Positions 9,854 through 19,991 are shown, numbered from the stretch's first letter. The stretch: DNA of 40,353 nucleotides from Gemmatimonadaceae bacterium (GCA_039927015.1 JBDSVW010000213.1:1-40353), one strand, 5' to 3'. Notes: a model not told the origin generated them from the sequence alone. Translations and numbers: made by a program.

Positions 9854-10839
9854 ATCGCCCGATTGCCCGCATTGCCGGCATGGGCATGTACGCGCCACCG
9901 CGCGTGATGACGAATTCGGAGTTCGCGGCCATGGGCCTGGAGACCACCGACGAGTGGATCTACCAACGCACCGGCATCCGCGAACGCCATGTGGCCGGCC
10001 CGGACGAGTCCAATTGCAGCATGTCGGCCGCGGCCGCGCGCGTGGCGATGGAGCGGGCCGGCGTCACGGCGGCAGAACTCGACGTCATCGTCCTCGGCAC
10101 CGCCTCCCCCGATCGGCTCCTGCCGTCCACCGCGGTGGACCTACAGGCGGAACTGGGCGCCTCAAAGGCCGCGGCGTTCGACGTCATGGCCGCATGTTCC
10201 AGCTTTTTGTACGGCCTGATCGTGGCCGAAGGTCTGATGCTCAGCGGAGACGCCGAGACGATCCTGGTGGTGGGCACGGAAATGCTGACCACCATCGTGG
10301 ACTGGCAGGACCGTTCGACGTGCGTGCTGTTCGGCGACGGCTCCGGCGCAGCGGTGCTCAAGCGCTCCCACAACGGCACCGGCATTCTCTCGTCGTTCAT
10401 GCGATCCGACGGAAAGCTCGCCGAGTTGCTGTATCGTCCGTCCGGCGGTGCCGTGAAGCCCTTCGACGCCGGCGTGCTGCACGACCGCTCGTTCTACGTG
10501 AAGATGGAAGGTCGGGAGGTGTTCAAGCACGCGGTCCGCTCGATGTCCGAGGCCGCCGACCGTGCCCTCGAACGCGCGAAGCTCACGGGGGCGGATATCG
10601 ACGTCATGATTCCGCACCAGGCCAACGTGCGCATCATAGAAGCCACGGCCCGGCATGCCGGCATCCCGATGGACAAGGTCTTCGTCAACGTGCAGCGCTA
10701 CGGCAACACGTCGTCGGCCTCCGTGCCCATCGCCCTCGAGGAAGCCATCAGCTGCGGACGCATCACGCCAGGTATGACGGTGCTCCTTGTCGCCTTCGGC
10801 GCGGGCTTCACCTGGGCCTCGCTCGTCATCCGCTTTTAG
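9850..10839 (+). CDS. fabH: 3-oxoacyl-ACP synthase III (KAS III)
   Basis: GTG 9850 overlaps the plsX stop (GTGA). TDEWIYQRTGIRERH, catalytic Cys in MAACSSFLYGL, HQANVRI, GNTSSASVP. The track ORF start at 9538 is an out-of-context upstream extension inside plsX. Confidence 0.93.
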   Translation: MNRPIARIAGMGMYAPPRVMTNSEFAAMGLETTDEWIYQRTGIRERHVAGPDESNCSMSAAAARVAMERAGVTAAELDVIVLGTASPDRLLPSTAVDLQAELGASKAAAFDVMAACSSFLYGLIVAEGLMLSGDAETILVVGTEMLTTIVDWQDRSTCVLFGDGSGAAVLKRSHNGTGILSSFMRSDGKLAELLYRPSGGAVKPFDAGVLHDRSFYVKMEGREVFKHAVRSMSEAADRALERAKLTGADIDVMIPHQANVRIIEATARHAGIPMDKVFVNVQRYGNTSSASVPIALEEAISCGRITPGMTVLLVAFGAGFTWASLVIRF

Positions 10840-10855
10840 GCCCGGGCTGACGACC

Positions 10856-11800
10856 ATGGATATCGTCTTGCTCTTTCCCGGTCAGGGATCGCAGAAGCCC
10901 GGCATGGGAAAGGATCTCGTCGAGGCGTTTCCCGCGGCGCGCGACGTGTTCACCATGGCCGACGAGGCGGTGGGAGAGTCGCTCTCCACGCTGTGCTTTG
11001 AAGGGCCCGCCGAGGAACTGACCCTCACGCGGAATGCGCAGCCCGCGCTGCTGGCGCACGGCGCCGCGGTCTGGGCGGCCACCGCCGATGCGCTGCGCGG
11101 ATCGGTGCGTGCGGCCGCCGGGCACTCGTTAGGAGAGTTCAGCGCGTACCACGCGGCCGACACGCTGTCCGTTCGCGACGCGGTGCGACTCGTCCGGACG
11201 CGCGGCGAGCTGATGGCGAGCACCGGCACCGCGAGGCCCGGCGCGATGGCCGCGATCCTCGGCGATCTGTCCACGTCAATCGACGCGATCTGTGCCGAGG
11301 CCTCCACGGCCGCGGATGGCGGCGTAGTCGTCCCGGCCAATTACAACTGTCCCGGGCAGGTGGTCATTTCCGGCGAAGTGTCGGGGGTGGAGAAGGCGAT
11401 GGTGCTGTGCAAGGCGGCGGGGGCCAAGCGTGCCCTGCGACTCAACGTGAGCGGGGCGTTTCACTCGCCGCTCATGGCGCCCGCGCGCGACGGACTGGCC
11501 AGCGCGATCGCCGCCATGACCTTTCACGATCCCCGGGTACCGGTGGTCGCCAACGTGACCGCCGGGGCGGTTCGCGATGCCGCCACGGCACGCACGCTCT
11601 GCGTGGAACAACTCACGGCGCCCGTGCGCTGGACCGACGTGATGCTCACCCTGGCGGGAGGGTATCCCGACGCCCTGTACGTCGAGATGGGACCGGGCTC
11701 GGTCCTGACCGGCCTCGCTCGGAAGATTGCCCCGACCCTCAAGACTGCGACCTGCGGCACCGCTGCCGAGGTGGAGCAGTTGCTGACCATGGTGAGCTGA
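10856..11800 (+). CDS. fabD: Malonyl-CoA:ACP transacylase
   Basis: MDIVLLFPGQGSQ, active-site GHSLGEFSA, and SGAFHSPLM. Confidence 0.93.
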   Translation: MDIVLLFPGQGSQKPGMGKDLVEAFPAARDVFTMADEAVGESLSTLCFEGPAEELTLTRNAQPALLAHGAAVWAATADALRGSVRAAAGHSLGEFSAYHAADTLSVRDAVRLVRTRGELMASTGTARPGAMAAILGDLSTSIDAICAEASTAADGGVVVPANYNCPGQVVISGEVSGVEKAMVLCKAAGAKRALRLNVSGAFHSPLMAPARDGLASAIAAMTFHDPRVPVVANVTAGAVRDAATARTLCVEQLTAPVRWTDVMLTLAGGYPDALYVEMGPGSVLTGLARKIAPTLKTATCGTAAEVEQLLTMVS

Positions 11801-12537
11801 TGCGCATCGACCTGGCGGGAAAGAACGCGCTCGTGACCGGTAGCACGCGTGGCATCGGCCGGGCCATCGCCCAGACCCTGGCGAACGCGGGCGCGAGGGT
11901 GGCGATTGTCGGCCGCGACAAGCCGCGGGCCGAGACGGAAGCGAGCGCGGTGGGCGGGGGCGCGCAGGGGTTCGCCTGCGATGTCGCCGAGCCGGAGCAG
12001 GTCGCGGCCCTCATCACCGATGTGGAGCAGGCATTCGGCGGGATCGATATCCTCGTCAACAATGCCGGACTCACCCGCGACAACCTCATGCTGCGGCTGA
12101 AGGACGACGACTGGGACGCCGTGATCGACGCGAACCTGCGCGGGGCGTTCCTGACCATTCGCGCCGCCTCCCGGGGAATGATGAAGCGGCGATGGGGTCG
12201 TATCATCAATATCTCGAGCGTGGTGGGGCTGACGGGCAACAAGGGGCAGACCAACTACGCGGCCAGCAAGGCGGGCCTGATCGGGCTCACGAAGTCGGTC
12301 GCGAAGGAATACGCCTCCCGGGGTATCCTGGCGAATGTCATCGCCCCCGGCTTCATCGAGACGGAGATGACCGCCGCGATGTCGCCCGAGGCGCGCGCGG
12401 TCATGAGCCAGCAGATCCCGCTTGAGCGACTGGGTACGCCGGGCGACATTGCCGGGATGGTCGCCTTCCTGTCGTCAGACCACGCGGCCTATATCACAGG
12501 CCAGGTTTTTGTTGTTGACGGCGGGCTGGTGATGTAA
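11800..12537 (+). CDS. fabG: 3-oxoacyl-ACP reductase
   Basis: The ATG overlaps the fabD TGA by 1 nt. SDR motifs VTGSTRGIGRAIA, NNAG and YAASKAG. The track ORF start at 11407 lies inside fabD. Confidence 0.93.
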   Translation: MRIDLAGKNALVTGSTRGIGRAIAQTLANAGARVAIVGRDKPRAETEASAVGGGAQGFACDVAEPEQVAALITDVEQAFGGIDILVNNAGLTRDNLMLRLKDDDWDAVIDANLRGAFLTIRAASRGMMKRRWGRIINISSVVGLTGNKGQTNYAASKAGLIGLTKSVAKEYASRGILANVIAPGFIETEMTAAMSPEARAVMSQQIPLERLGTPGDIAGMVAFLSSDHAAYITGQVFVVDGGLVM

Positions 12538-12606
12538 CACGTAACACGCACTACGTTTATCTTTCTGCACTCACTTTTTCAACGAACCTACGTAGAGGAA
12601 CCTGTC

Positions 12607-12846
12607 ATGGCCGACCAGAGCGAGAAGGTCAAGGACATTATCGAGAAGGAGCTCGGCGTCGAGCGCGAGAAGCTCACGAACGAGGCCAGCTTCATCGAGG
12701 ACCTTGGCGCGGACAGCCTCGACATCGTCGAACTCGTCATGGAGTTCGAGAAGGAATTCAATATCGACATTCCGGATGAGGATGCCGAAAAGCTTCGCAC
12801 GGTCGGCGATGCCCTCGCCTACCTGAAGGAGAAGGTCGGCGCGTAA
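12607..12846 (+). CDS. acpP: Acyl carrier protein
   Basis: 79 aa and acidic. Phosphopantetheine site [22 protein letters not shown] Shine-Dalgarno upstream. Confidence 0.97.
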   Translation: MADQSEKVKDIIEKELGVEREKLTNEASFIEDLGADSLDIVELVMEFEKEFNIDIPDEDAEKLRTVGDALAYLKEKVGA

Positions 12847-14087
12847 TGCGGCGTCGAGTCGTCGTCACTGGCCTCGGGGCCGTCACGCCCGTTGGGAACG
12901 ACGTGGCGACGACGTGGCGTGCGTTGCTGGCCGGCACGTCCGGCGGGGCGGAGATCACCAAGTTCGACCCGGCGCGCTTCAAGGTCCGGTTCGCCTGTGA
13001 GGTCAAGGGATTCGATCCTTTGAAGTACATGGAGCGAAAGGAGGCCAAGCGCAATGACGTGTACTCGCAGTACGCGCTGGCCGCCTCAGTTGAAGCCATG
13101 GCGGACGCGGGCTTCGGCGAGAATGGCTACGTCCCCGAGGAAACGGGGGTCATCATCGGCAGCGGGATCGGTGGCCTCAAGATTTTCGAGGAGCAGCATG
13201 ACGTCTATCGAGAGTTAGGGCCCAGCAAGATCTCGCCGTTCTTCATCCCGATGTTCATCTCGGACATGGCGGCGGGCATCGTGTCCATGCGCTTCAACGC
13301 GAAGGGGCCGAACTACGCCACCGTGTCCGCATGCTCCACCAGCGCCCACGCGATCGGCGATGCGTTCCGCACCATCCAGTACGGCGATGCGGACGTGATG
13401 ATCACCGGCGGCTCCGAGGCGGCGGTCACGCCGATGTCGATCGGCGGGTTCGCCAACATGACGGCGCTCTCGCAGCGGAACGACGATCCGGCCACGGCGT
13501 CGCGGCCGTTCGACAAGGATCGCGACGGCTTCGTGATGGGCGAGGGTGCGGGCGTGGTGATCCTGGAGGAGCTGGAGCATGCCCGCCGGCGAGGCGCCCG
13601 CATCTATGGTGAGATCGTCGGCTACGGCGCAACGGGCGATGCCTACCACATCACAGGGCAACCCGAGAACCACGAGGGGCTGCAGCGGGCGATGCGCCGT
13701 GCACTGAAGGACGCGGACAAGACGCCGAGCGACGTCCAGTACATCAATGCGCACGGGACGTCGACGCCCCTGAATGACCCGAACGAGATTCGGGCCATCC
13801 AGACCGTGTTCGGCGAGCATGCGACCGCGCTAAACGTGAGTTCCACCAAGAGCGCCACGGGTCATATGCTCGGCGCCGCCGGTGGGGTGGAGTTCATCTT
13901 CAGCACGCTGGCGATCGTGAACAGCATCATTCCGCCCACGATCAATCACTTCACCCCCGATCCGGAGTGCGACCTGAACATCACGCCCAACGTCCCGGTA
14001 ACGCGGGATGTCCGCGTGGCGCTCAGCAACTCTTCCGGTTTCGGTGGTCACAACGTATCGCTCGCCGTCCAGCGATACGAGGCGTAA
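12846..14087 (+). CDS. fabF: 3-oxoacyl-ACP synthase II (KAS II)
   Basis: TAATG overlap with acpP. RVVVTGLGAVTPVGN, catalytic Cys in SACSTSAHAIGDA, HGTSTPLND, GHMLGAAG. Confidence 0.93.
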   Translation: MRRRVVVTGLGAVTPVGNDVATTWRALLAGTSGGAEITKFDPARFKVRFACEVKGFDPLKYMERKEAKRNDVYSQYALAASVEAMADAGFGENGYVPEETGVIIGSGIGGLKIFEEQHDVYRELGPSKISPFFIPMFISDMAAGIVSMRFNAKGPNYATVSACSTSAHAIGDAFRTIQYGDADVMITGGSEAAVTPMSIGGFANMTALSQRNDDPATASRPFDKDRDGFVMGEGAGVVILEELEHARRRGARIYGEIVGYGATGDAYHITGQPENHEGLQRAMRRALKDADKTPSDVQYINAHGTSTPLNDPNEIRAIQTVFGEHATALNVSSTKSATGHMLGAAGGVEFIFSTLAIVNSIIPPTINHFTPDPECDLNITPNVPVTRDVRVALSNSSGFGGHNVSLAVQRYEA

Positions 14088-14090
14088 GCC

Positions 14091-15257
14091 GTGCCCGCCG
14101 CCGTGGAGTTTCCGCGCGGAGTGCTGCGCGATGCGGCGCTGGAGCCCATCGCGGACAAACTCCGCGCAGGAGAGCGGCTCACCTCGGCTGATGCACTGCT
14201 GCTGTTCGAGTCGCACGACCTGCTGGGGGTCGGGGCGATGGCGGACGCGGCCAACCGCGCACGCAATGGCGACGTCGTCACGTTCTCGTCCAACCAGCAC
14301 ATCAACCCCACCAACGTCTGCGTACTGCGCAAGACGTGCGTCTTCTGTGGCTATGCCCGACTCCCGAAGGAGGAGGGGGCGTACCGCTACACGATGGACC
14401 AGGTGATGGCGGAAGCGAACGAGGCGCGCGGCGCCATGACGCGCGAGTTCCACATCGTGGGCGGCCTCGACATGAAGGCGGGGCTCGCGTACTACACCGA
14501 GATGTTCCGCACCCTCAAGCGCGAACTGCCGCACGTGCACATCAAGGCCCTCACGGCCGTGGAAATCGCGCACATCGCGCGCATCGAAAAGATGTCGTGG
14601 CGCGACGTGCTCGTTGCCCTGCGTGAAGCCGGCCTCGACACGATGCCTGGCGGGGGAGCGGAGACCTTCAGTGCCGCCGTCCGCGAGCGCATCGCCGACA
14701 AGAAGCTGGGTGGCGCCGATTACATCGGCGTACATCGCGCGGCGCACGAGCTGGGCATCCGCACGAACTGCACGATGCTGTATGGACACGTGGAAACCTT
14801 CGCCGACCGCGTGGAGCACCTCAACATGCTCCGTGAGCTGCAAGACGAGACGGGCGGCTTCCTCGCCTACATCCCGCTGGCCTATCATCCCGACGACAAC
14901 GAACTCGGGCGGCAGCTGGGACGCGAGGGGCAGGGCACCACCGGCTTCGATGACCTGCGCAACCTGGCGGTCGGCCGGCTCTTCCTGGACAACTTCCAGC
15001 ACATCAAGTCGCACTGGATCATGGTCTCGTCGGCGCTGTCGCAGACCGCGCTGGCGTTCGGCGTCAATGATTTGGAAGGCACGGTGCTGCGCGAGAAGAT
15101 CTACCACGCGGTGGGCGCACAAACGCCGCAGGGCATGTCGCTGGAGGCGTTGCTCCGGCTCATCCGGGGCGCCAAGAAGGTCCCCGCCGAGCGGGACTCG
15201 TTCTACAACATCGTCCGCCGGTTCGACGACCCTGCGCCGGACGCCGAGGCAGCCTGA
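14091..15257 (+). CDS. mqnE: Radical-SAM menaquinone (futalosine pathway) enzyme, most like aminofutalosine synthase MqnE
   Basis: Radical-SAM cluster region NQHINPTNVCVLRKTCVFCGY, with TMLYGH and LRELQDETGGF further downstream. The N.H.NxTNVC and YTM pattern resembles MqnE (SCO4494 type) as I recall it. The paralog assignment against MqnC is less certain than the family call. Confidence 0.72.
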   Translation: MPAAVEFPRGVLRDAALEPIADKLRAGERLTSADALLLFESHDLLGVGAMADAANRARNGDVVTFSSNQHINPTNVCVLRKTCVFCGYARLPKEEGAYRYTMDQVMAEANEARGAMTREFHIVGGLDMKAGLAYYTEMFRTLKRELPHVHIKALTAVEIAHIARIEKMSWRDVLVALREAGLDTMPGGGAETFSAAVRERIADKKLGGADYIGVHRAAHELGIRTNCTMLYGHVETFADRVEHLNMLRELQDETGGFLAYIPLAYHPDDNELGRQLGREGQGTTGFDDLRNLAVGRLFLDNFQHIKSHWIMVSSALSQTALAFGVNDLEGTVLREKIYHAVGAQTPQGMSLEALLRLIRGAKKVPAERDSFYNIVRRFDDPAPDAEAA

Positions 15258-15258
15258 C

Positions 15259-16101
15259 ATGCGCATCGGTCGAATTCCCTACATCAACTGCTATCCGGTG
15301 TATGGAGCGATCGATCGCGGTGTCGTGCCGCTCGAAGGCGAGCTGGTAGATGGCGTTCCCAGCGCGCTCAACGCCCAGATGGCGGCCGGCACGCTCGACG
15401 TGAGCGTGGTGTCGGCCATGGAGTACGCGCGCGATTCGCGCCGCTACCTGCTGCTGCCCGACCTCGCCATATCCTGCGACGGGCCGGTGCGCTCGGTGAT
15501 GCTCTTCTCCAAGCTGCCGGCCGCGGAGCTCAGCGGCCGCCGCGTGATCGTGTCGCGCAGTTCCATGACGAGCGTGGCGTTGCTCGAACTGCTGTTCGAG
15601 CACGTGTGGCGCGCGCTCCCTGAGTTCGTGCCAGGTGATTCCGAGTGCGCAGATATCGCGCGCTTCGGGGACGAGGCGCACGACGCACGACTGGTGATTG
15701 GCGACGCGGCGCTCATCCTCAACGACGCCGGCCGCTCGGCGGAGAACGCGGCGCGGTATCCCCACGTCTACGACCTGGGCCTGGAGTGGAAGCGGTGGAC
15801 GGGCTTGCCGTTCGTCTTCGCAGTGTGGGTGGCGCAACGCTCCGTGGCGGTCGGCGATTCGCTCGCGGCGCACGCCTCGCTCATCAACTCACGCGACTGG
15901 GGACTGGAGCACCTGCCGGAACTCGCGTCGCAGGCCTCGGCGGTGACCGGGGTGGAGATGGCCGCCTGCGCCGAGTATTTCCGCGGGCTCGACTACAGGC
16001 TAGGATACGAGCATCTCGCGGGACTCACCGAGTTCTTCCGGCGGCTGGTGGCGGCCGGACGGGTGCCCAACGGGACGCTCTCCTTCCTGCCTGCCGCGTA
16101 G
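15259..16101 (+). CDS. mqnA: Chorismate dehydratase MqnA (futalosine pathway)
   Basis: MRIGRIPYINCYPVYG N-terminus, typical of MqnA in the VitK2_biosynth periplasmic-binding-like fold family. It starts 2 nt after the mqnE stop. The track ORF from 14614 is an upstream extension overlapping mqnE. Confidence 0.78.
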   Translation: MRIGRIPYINCYPVYGAIDRGVVPLEGELVDGVPSALNAQMAAGTLDVSVVSAMEYARDSRRYLLLPDLAISCDGPVRSVMLFSKLPAAELSGRRVIVSRSSMTSVALLELLFEHVWRALPEFVPGDSECADIARFGDEAHDARLVIGDAALILNDAGRSAENAARYPHVYDLGLEWKRWTGLPFVFAVWVAQRSVAVGDSLAAHASLINSRDWGLEHLPELASQASAVTGVEMAACAEYFRGLDYRLGYEHLAGLTEFFRRLVAAGRVPNGTLSFLPAA

Positions 16102-16218
16102 GTCGCCGCATCGCCCGGCGCACTCGCTGGTCAATGGCGGTTCCGGGTGCATAACTTGTCAACGTCATGCGGGCGCCGCGTTCCGTCGTCGCCCGCGCTC
16201 TCGCTTCACCTACCGCCC

Positions 16219-17256
16219 ATGAATCGCGACCTGCTGGACTTCTACACCAACGCACCGCTGCTCGAGCTGGGACTCGAGGCCGACCGCGTGCGCGAGGCCA
16301 AGCACCCCCACAGCGTCGTCACGTATATCGTCGACCGGAACATCAACTACACGAACGTCTGTGTAGCGGATTGCGGCTTCTGCGCGTTCTATCGCCGCCC
16401 CAAGCACGCCGAGGGCTACACGCTCTCGTTCGAGGAGATCGGGGACAAGATCGAGGAGACGAAGGCGCTGGGCGGTGTGCAGATCCTGATCCAGGGAGGA
16501 CACAATCCCTACATCCCCTTCGAGTGGTACGTGGATCTGCTACGCTACATCAAGCGGAATCATCCCATTCACATCCACGGCTTCAGCCCCAGCGAGGTGG
16601 ACTTCTTCGCGAAGACGTTCCGCATGGACGCCGTGGAGGTCATTCGCGAACTGCAGAAGGCGGGGCTCGATTCCATTCCGGGCGGGGGCGGCGAGATCCT
16701 CGTACAGCGCGTCCGTGACATCGCCGCACCCAAGAAGGCGGGGGCCGACCGCTGGCTCGAAATCATGGAGCTCGCGCATAACGAGGGCATGAAGACCTCG
16801 GTCACCATGATGTACGGCATCGGGGAGACGCTCGCCGAGCGCCTCGAGCACCTGCAGCGCGTGCGGGACGTGCAGTCCAGGACGGGCGGCTTTACCGCCT
16901 TCATCACGTGGCCGCTGCAGCCGGAGAATACGCCCACCATGTCGCACATGCAGAAGACCGACGCGGTGGACTACCTGCGCACCGTCGCCATCTCTCGCAT
17001 CGTGCTCGACAATGTGCCCAACCTGCAGTCCAGCTGGGTCACGATGGGCATGAAGGTGGGGCAGCTCGCGCTGCGCTTCGGCTGCAACGACTTCGGGTCG
17101 CTCATGATCGAGGAGAACGTGGTGTCGGCCGCCAACACCACCCACCGCACCACGACGGACGAGCTGGAGCGCCTCATTCGCGACGCCGGGTTCCAACCGG
17201 CACGCCGTCGCCAGGATTATTCCATCATCCAGTCGGGCACGCCGGCCGCGGCCTGA
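16219..17256 (+). CDS. mqnC: Radical-SAM cyclic dehypoxanthinyl futalosine synthase MqnC
   Basis: DRNINYTNVCVADCGFCAFYRRP, QGGHNP, RWLEIMELAH, TMMYG, RDVQSRTGGFTAFI and QPENT match the MqnC (SCO4550-type) pattern from memory. ATG 16219 chosen; the track ORF starts at 16147. Confidence 0.75.
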   Translation: MNRDLLDFYTNAPLLELGLEADRVREAKHPHSVVTYIVDRNINYTNVCVADCGFCAFYRRPKHAEGYTLSFEEIGDKIEETKALGGVQILIQGGHNPYIPFEWYVDLLRYIKRNHPIHIHGFSPSEVDFFAKTFRMDAVEVIRELQKAGLDSIPGGGGEILVQRVRDIAAPKKAGADRWLEIMELAHNEGMKTSVTMMYGIGETLAERLEHLQRVRDVQSRTGGFTAFITWPLQPENTPTMSHMQKTDAVDYLRTVAISRIVLDNVPNLQSSWVTMGMKVGQLALRFGCNDFGSLMIEENVVSAANTTHRTTTDELERLIRDAGFQPARRRQDYSIIQSGTPAAA

Positions 17257-17297
17257 GCCCGAATGACACCTCGCAACAACCGACGCCGGTTCTCCGC

Positions 17298-17783
17298 ATG
17301 AGCACGCGCACCGGCATCGGATACGATTCGCATCGTTTTGACGCCGGCGGGCCGATGCGGCTGGGGGGCGTGGACGTGCCCAGTGACGTCCGGCTCGTGG
17401 GGCACTCTGACGGCGACGCCATCTGCCACGCGCTCACGGATGCCGTGCTCGGCGCGGTGGCCGCGGGCGACATCGGGGAGATGTTCGCCGACACCGACCC
17501 GGCCAATCGCGGCCGCGACTCGATCGTGATGCTGCGCGCGGCCGTGGCGCGGGTGTCCGCGATGGGCTGGTACGTCGTGAGCGTGGATGTGACCGTCATT
17601 GCCGAACGTCCGCGGATCGGGCCGCACCGGGCCGGCATGCGGGCACGCCTCGCCGAATCGTTAGGCGTGGAGGCGGACGCCGTGAGCGTGAAGGGAAAGA
17701 CGAACGAGGGCATGGGCTGGATAGGCCGCGGCGAGGGGCTCGCCTGCATCGCGGTGGCGACCCTCACCTCCGACCGCGGTTGA
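17298..17783 (+). CDS. ispF: 2-C-methyl-D-erythritol 2,4-cyclodiphosphate synthase
   Basis: GIGYDSHRF, LGGV, GHSDGDAICHALTDAVLGA, GDIGEMF, KGKTNEGMGWIGRGEG. Confidence 0.93.
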   Translation: MSTRTGIGYDSHRFDAGGPMRLGGVDVPSDVRLVGHSDGDAICHALTDAVLGAVAAGDIGEMFADTDPANRGRDSIVMLRAAVARVSAMGWYVVSVDVTVIAERPRIGPHRAGMRARLAESLGVEADAVSVKGKTNEGMGWIGRGEGLACIAVATLTSDRG

Positions 17784-17789
17784 ATCCTC

Positions 17790-18407
17790 GTGCCGCTCCT
17801 CCAGAACTTGCTCGACTGGCTGATGTCGATTCCGCCGGCGCTACTGCTGCCCACCATGGCGCTGTTGGCAGCGGTGGAGAACATCTTTCCACCGATCCCG
17901 GCGGACATGCTGGTGGCATTCGGCGGCTTCATCTCCGCGCGCACCGGCGCATCGCCATGGCCCGCCTTTCTGGCCGTGTGGCTCGGGAGCGTGACCGGGG
18001 CGGTGCTGATGTATGCGCTTGGACGCCGGGTCGGGACAGCGGGCATTCGCCGGCGCTTTCACCTCGGCGAGGGAACGAACGGCGAGCGCCGGCTCATCGA
18101 GATGCACAAGAAGTATGGCGTGGCCGCACTCTTCGTCAGCCGATTCCTTCCGGGCATCCGCTCGCTCGTGCCCCCCATGGTCGGCGCGATGCGCATTCCG
18201 CCTTTCGCGCCGCTGCTTGCGATCAGCTTCGCGTCGGCCCTTTGGTATGGCTTCGTGACGTACCTCGCCTTCCGAGCCGGCAACAACTGGGAGGTGCTTT
18301 CCAGGAGCATCGCCTCTGTCGGACGGTGGACGGCAGTGGGGGCGGCGTTGGTCGCCGCGGCCGGAGCGACGGTCTGGTGGATACGCCGCCGTCGCGGCCG
18401 GGCGTGA
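17790..18407 (+). CDS. DedA/SNARE-associated (VTT domain) family inner-membrane protein
   Basis: GTG start. AAVENIFPPIPADMLVAFGGF, KKYGVAALFVSRFLPGIRSLVP. 4-5 TM segments and ~205 aa, as is typical for DedA proteins. Confidence 0.8.
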   Translation: MPLLQNLLDWLMSIPPALLLPTMALLAAVENIFPPIPADMLVAFGGFISARTGASPWPAFLAVWLGSVTGAVLMYALGRRVGTAGIRRRFHLGEGTNGERRLIEMHKKYGVAALFVSRFLPGIRSLVPPMVGAMRIPPFAPLLAISFASALWYGFVTYLAFRAGNNWEVLSRSIASVGRWTAVGAALVAAAGATVWWIRRRRGRA

Positions 18408-19324
18408 CCGCCCCGCCGCTTCCCGACGAGGTGGGGCGCGCCTTCCTGCTCGAGCGCTTCGACGACTTTCTCTCCCTCGAGCAGGGCGCTGCCACCACGA
18501 CCCGCGAAGCGTACGCCCGGGATGTCGCCCGCCTCGCCGCGTTCGCCATCATTAGGGAAGCGCGTACGCCGCTGGCGCTTTCCGCCCGCCTCCTGCGCGA
18601 CTTCGTCTACCACCTGAAGGACCTGGGGCTCGCCGGCACGTCCATCCGGCGGAACGTGTCGGCCATCCGCACGTACTTCCGCTTCCTCGTGGGCGAAAAC
18701 GTCGTGACGAGTGATCCCAGCGATCGCCTCGAATTGCCGCAGCGCTGGCGCGAGCTGCCTGAGGTGCTGACCGTGGACGAGGTGGAGCGGCTGCTCGCCT
18801 CACCGCGCATCGACGAGCCCTTTTGCTTCCGCGATCGCGCGATGCTCGAGATTGCGTACGGCGCGGGGCTGCGAGTCAGCGAGTGGATCAACCTCGGGGT
18901 GCGGGACGTGCTGATGCAGGACGGCCTCCTGCGGGTGTTCGGCAAGGGGGGCAAGGAGCGGCTCGTGCCCATCGGCCGGCCGGCCATCGGGGCGTTGGCC
19001 ATCTACCTGCGAGAATTGCGTCCGCGCCTCGAAAAGGGTGCCGGACAAGGCGTGCTCTTCCTGAACGCCCGGGGCACCCCCCTGTCGCGCATGGGAGCGT
19101 GGAAGATCCTGCGCCGGCACGTCACCGACGCCGGGATCGAGAAGCGCGTCTCCCCCCACACGCTGCGCCACTCGTTCGCGACCCACCTGCTGGAAGGAGG
19201 CGCGGACCTGCGCGCGGTGCAGGAGATGCTGGGCCACGCCGATATCTCGACCACGCAGATCTACACGCACGTGAGCCGGGATTACCTTCGAAGCGTGCAC
19301 AAGCAATTTCATCCCCGTGGGTAG
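18404..19324 (+). CDS. xerD: Tyrosine site-specific recombinase, XerD-like (XerC not excluded)
   Basis: GTGA overlap with dedA. The N-terminal core-binding region is [20 protein letters not shown]. The catalytic region is LLASPR...[57 protein letters not shown] (R-H-R-Y). The C-terminus [12 protein letters not shown] resembles XerD. The long upstream extension of the track ORF (from 17780) overlaps dedA in another frame. Confidence 0.85.
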   Translation: MTAPPLPDEVGRAFLLERFDDFLSLEQGAATTTREAYARDVARLAAFAIIREARTPLALSARLLRDFVYHLKDLGLAGTSIRRNVSAIRTYFRFLVGENVVTSDPSDRLELPQRWRELPEVLTVDEVERLLASPRIDEPFCFRDRAMLEIAYGAGLRVSEWINLGVRDVLMQDGLLRVFGKGGKERLVPIGRPAIGALAIYLRELRPRLEKGAGQGVLFLNARGTPLSRMGAWKILRRHVTDAGIEKRVSPHTLRHSFATHLLEGGADLRAVQEMLGHADISTTQIYTHVSRDYLRSVHKQFHPRG

Positions 19325-19378
19325 GAGCCGCAGCCGTCGCTTCTCCTGCGACTTCCCGCCGAGTCCAGCGCGCCCGCG

Positions 19379-19981
19379 ATGATTCTCGTCATCGACAACT
19401 ACGATTCGTTCACGTACAACCTCGTGCAGTACCTGGGCGAGCTTGGGCGCGAGGTGCGTGTCTGCCGCAACGACGACCTGACCGTCGCAGAGATCGAGGC
19501 GCTCGCCCCGCGGGCCATCGTCATCTCCCCTGGCCCCTGCACGCCGGCCGAGGCCGGGGTGAGCGTGCCGCTACTGAAGGCGTTAGGCTCCCGCATCCCC
19601 ATGCTGGGGGTCTGCCTGGGTCACCAGTCCATCGGGGAGGCGTTCGGAGGGCGCGTCGTGCGGGCGGAGCGCGTCATGCATGGCAAGACGTCGGAACTGA
19701 GTCACGACGGCACCGGGCTGTTCGAGGGCTTGCCCTCGCCGCTGCGCGTCATGCGCTACCACTCGCTGGTGGTCGATCGAGACTCGCTGCCGGCGGAACT
19801 GGAGGTGACCGCCACGGTCGCCGACGAGCCCGGCCAGCTGCACGCCATGCGGCACCGGCAGCACCCGGTGTGGGGGGTGCAGTTCCATCCCGAATCTATC
19901 CTGACGGACGGGGGCATGACCATCCTGCGGAACTTCCTGCGCATGGCCGACGCCTTCCACGAGCGTCCCGGCAGCGACTGA
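19379..19981 (+). CDS. trpG: Glutamine amidotransferase component II of anthranilate/aminodeoxychorismate synthase (TrpG/PabA)
   Basis: [18 protein letters not shown], catalytic triad context GVCLGHQ and QFHPESI. It stands alone without trpE/pabB in the window, so the TrpG versus PabA role is undetermined. Confidence 0.88.
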   Translation: MILVIDNYDSFTYNLVQYLGELGREVRVCRNDDLTVAEIEALAPRAIVISPGPCTPAEAGVSVPLLKALGSRIPMLGVCLGHQSIGEAFGGRVVRAERVMHGKTSELSHDGTGLFEGLPSPLRVMRYHSLVVDRDSLPAELEVTATVADEPGQLHAMRHRQHPVWGVQFHPESILTDGGMTILRNFLRMADAFHERPGSD

Positions 19982-19991
19982 AAGCCTGCTC

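Noticed and set aside
17780-18403. Upstream extensions of track ORFs that overlap the preceding gene: 17780 for xerD, 9538 for fabH, 10787 for fabD, 11407 for fabG, 14614 for mqnA, 16908 for ispF, 5502 for sucC and 16147 for mqnC.
   Set aside because: The homology-like sequence begins only at internal ATG/GTG codons that sit at or next to the upstream gene's stop. The extensions are Arg/Pro/Gly-rich and overlap real genes out of frame.
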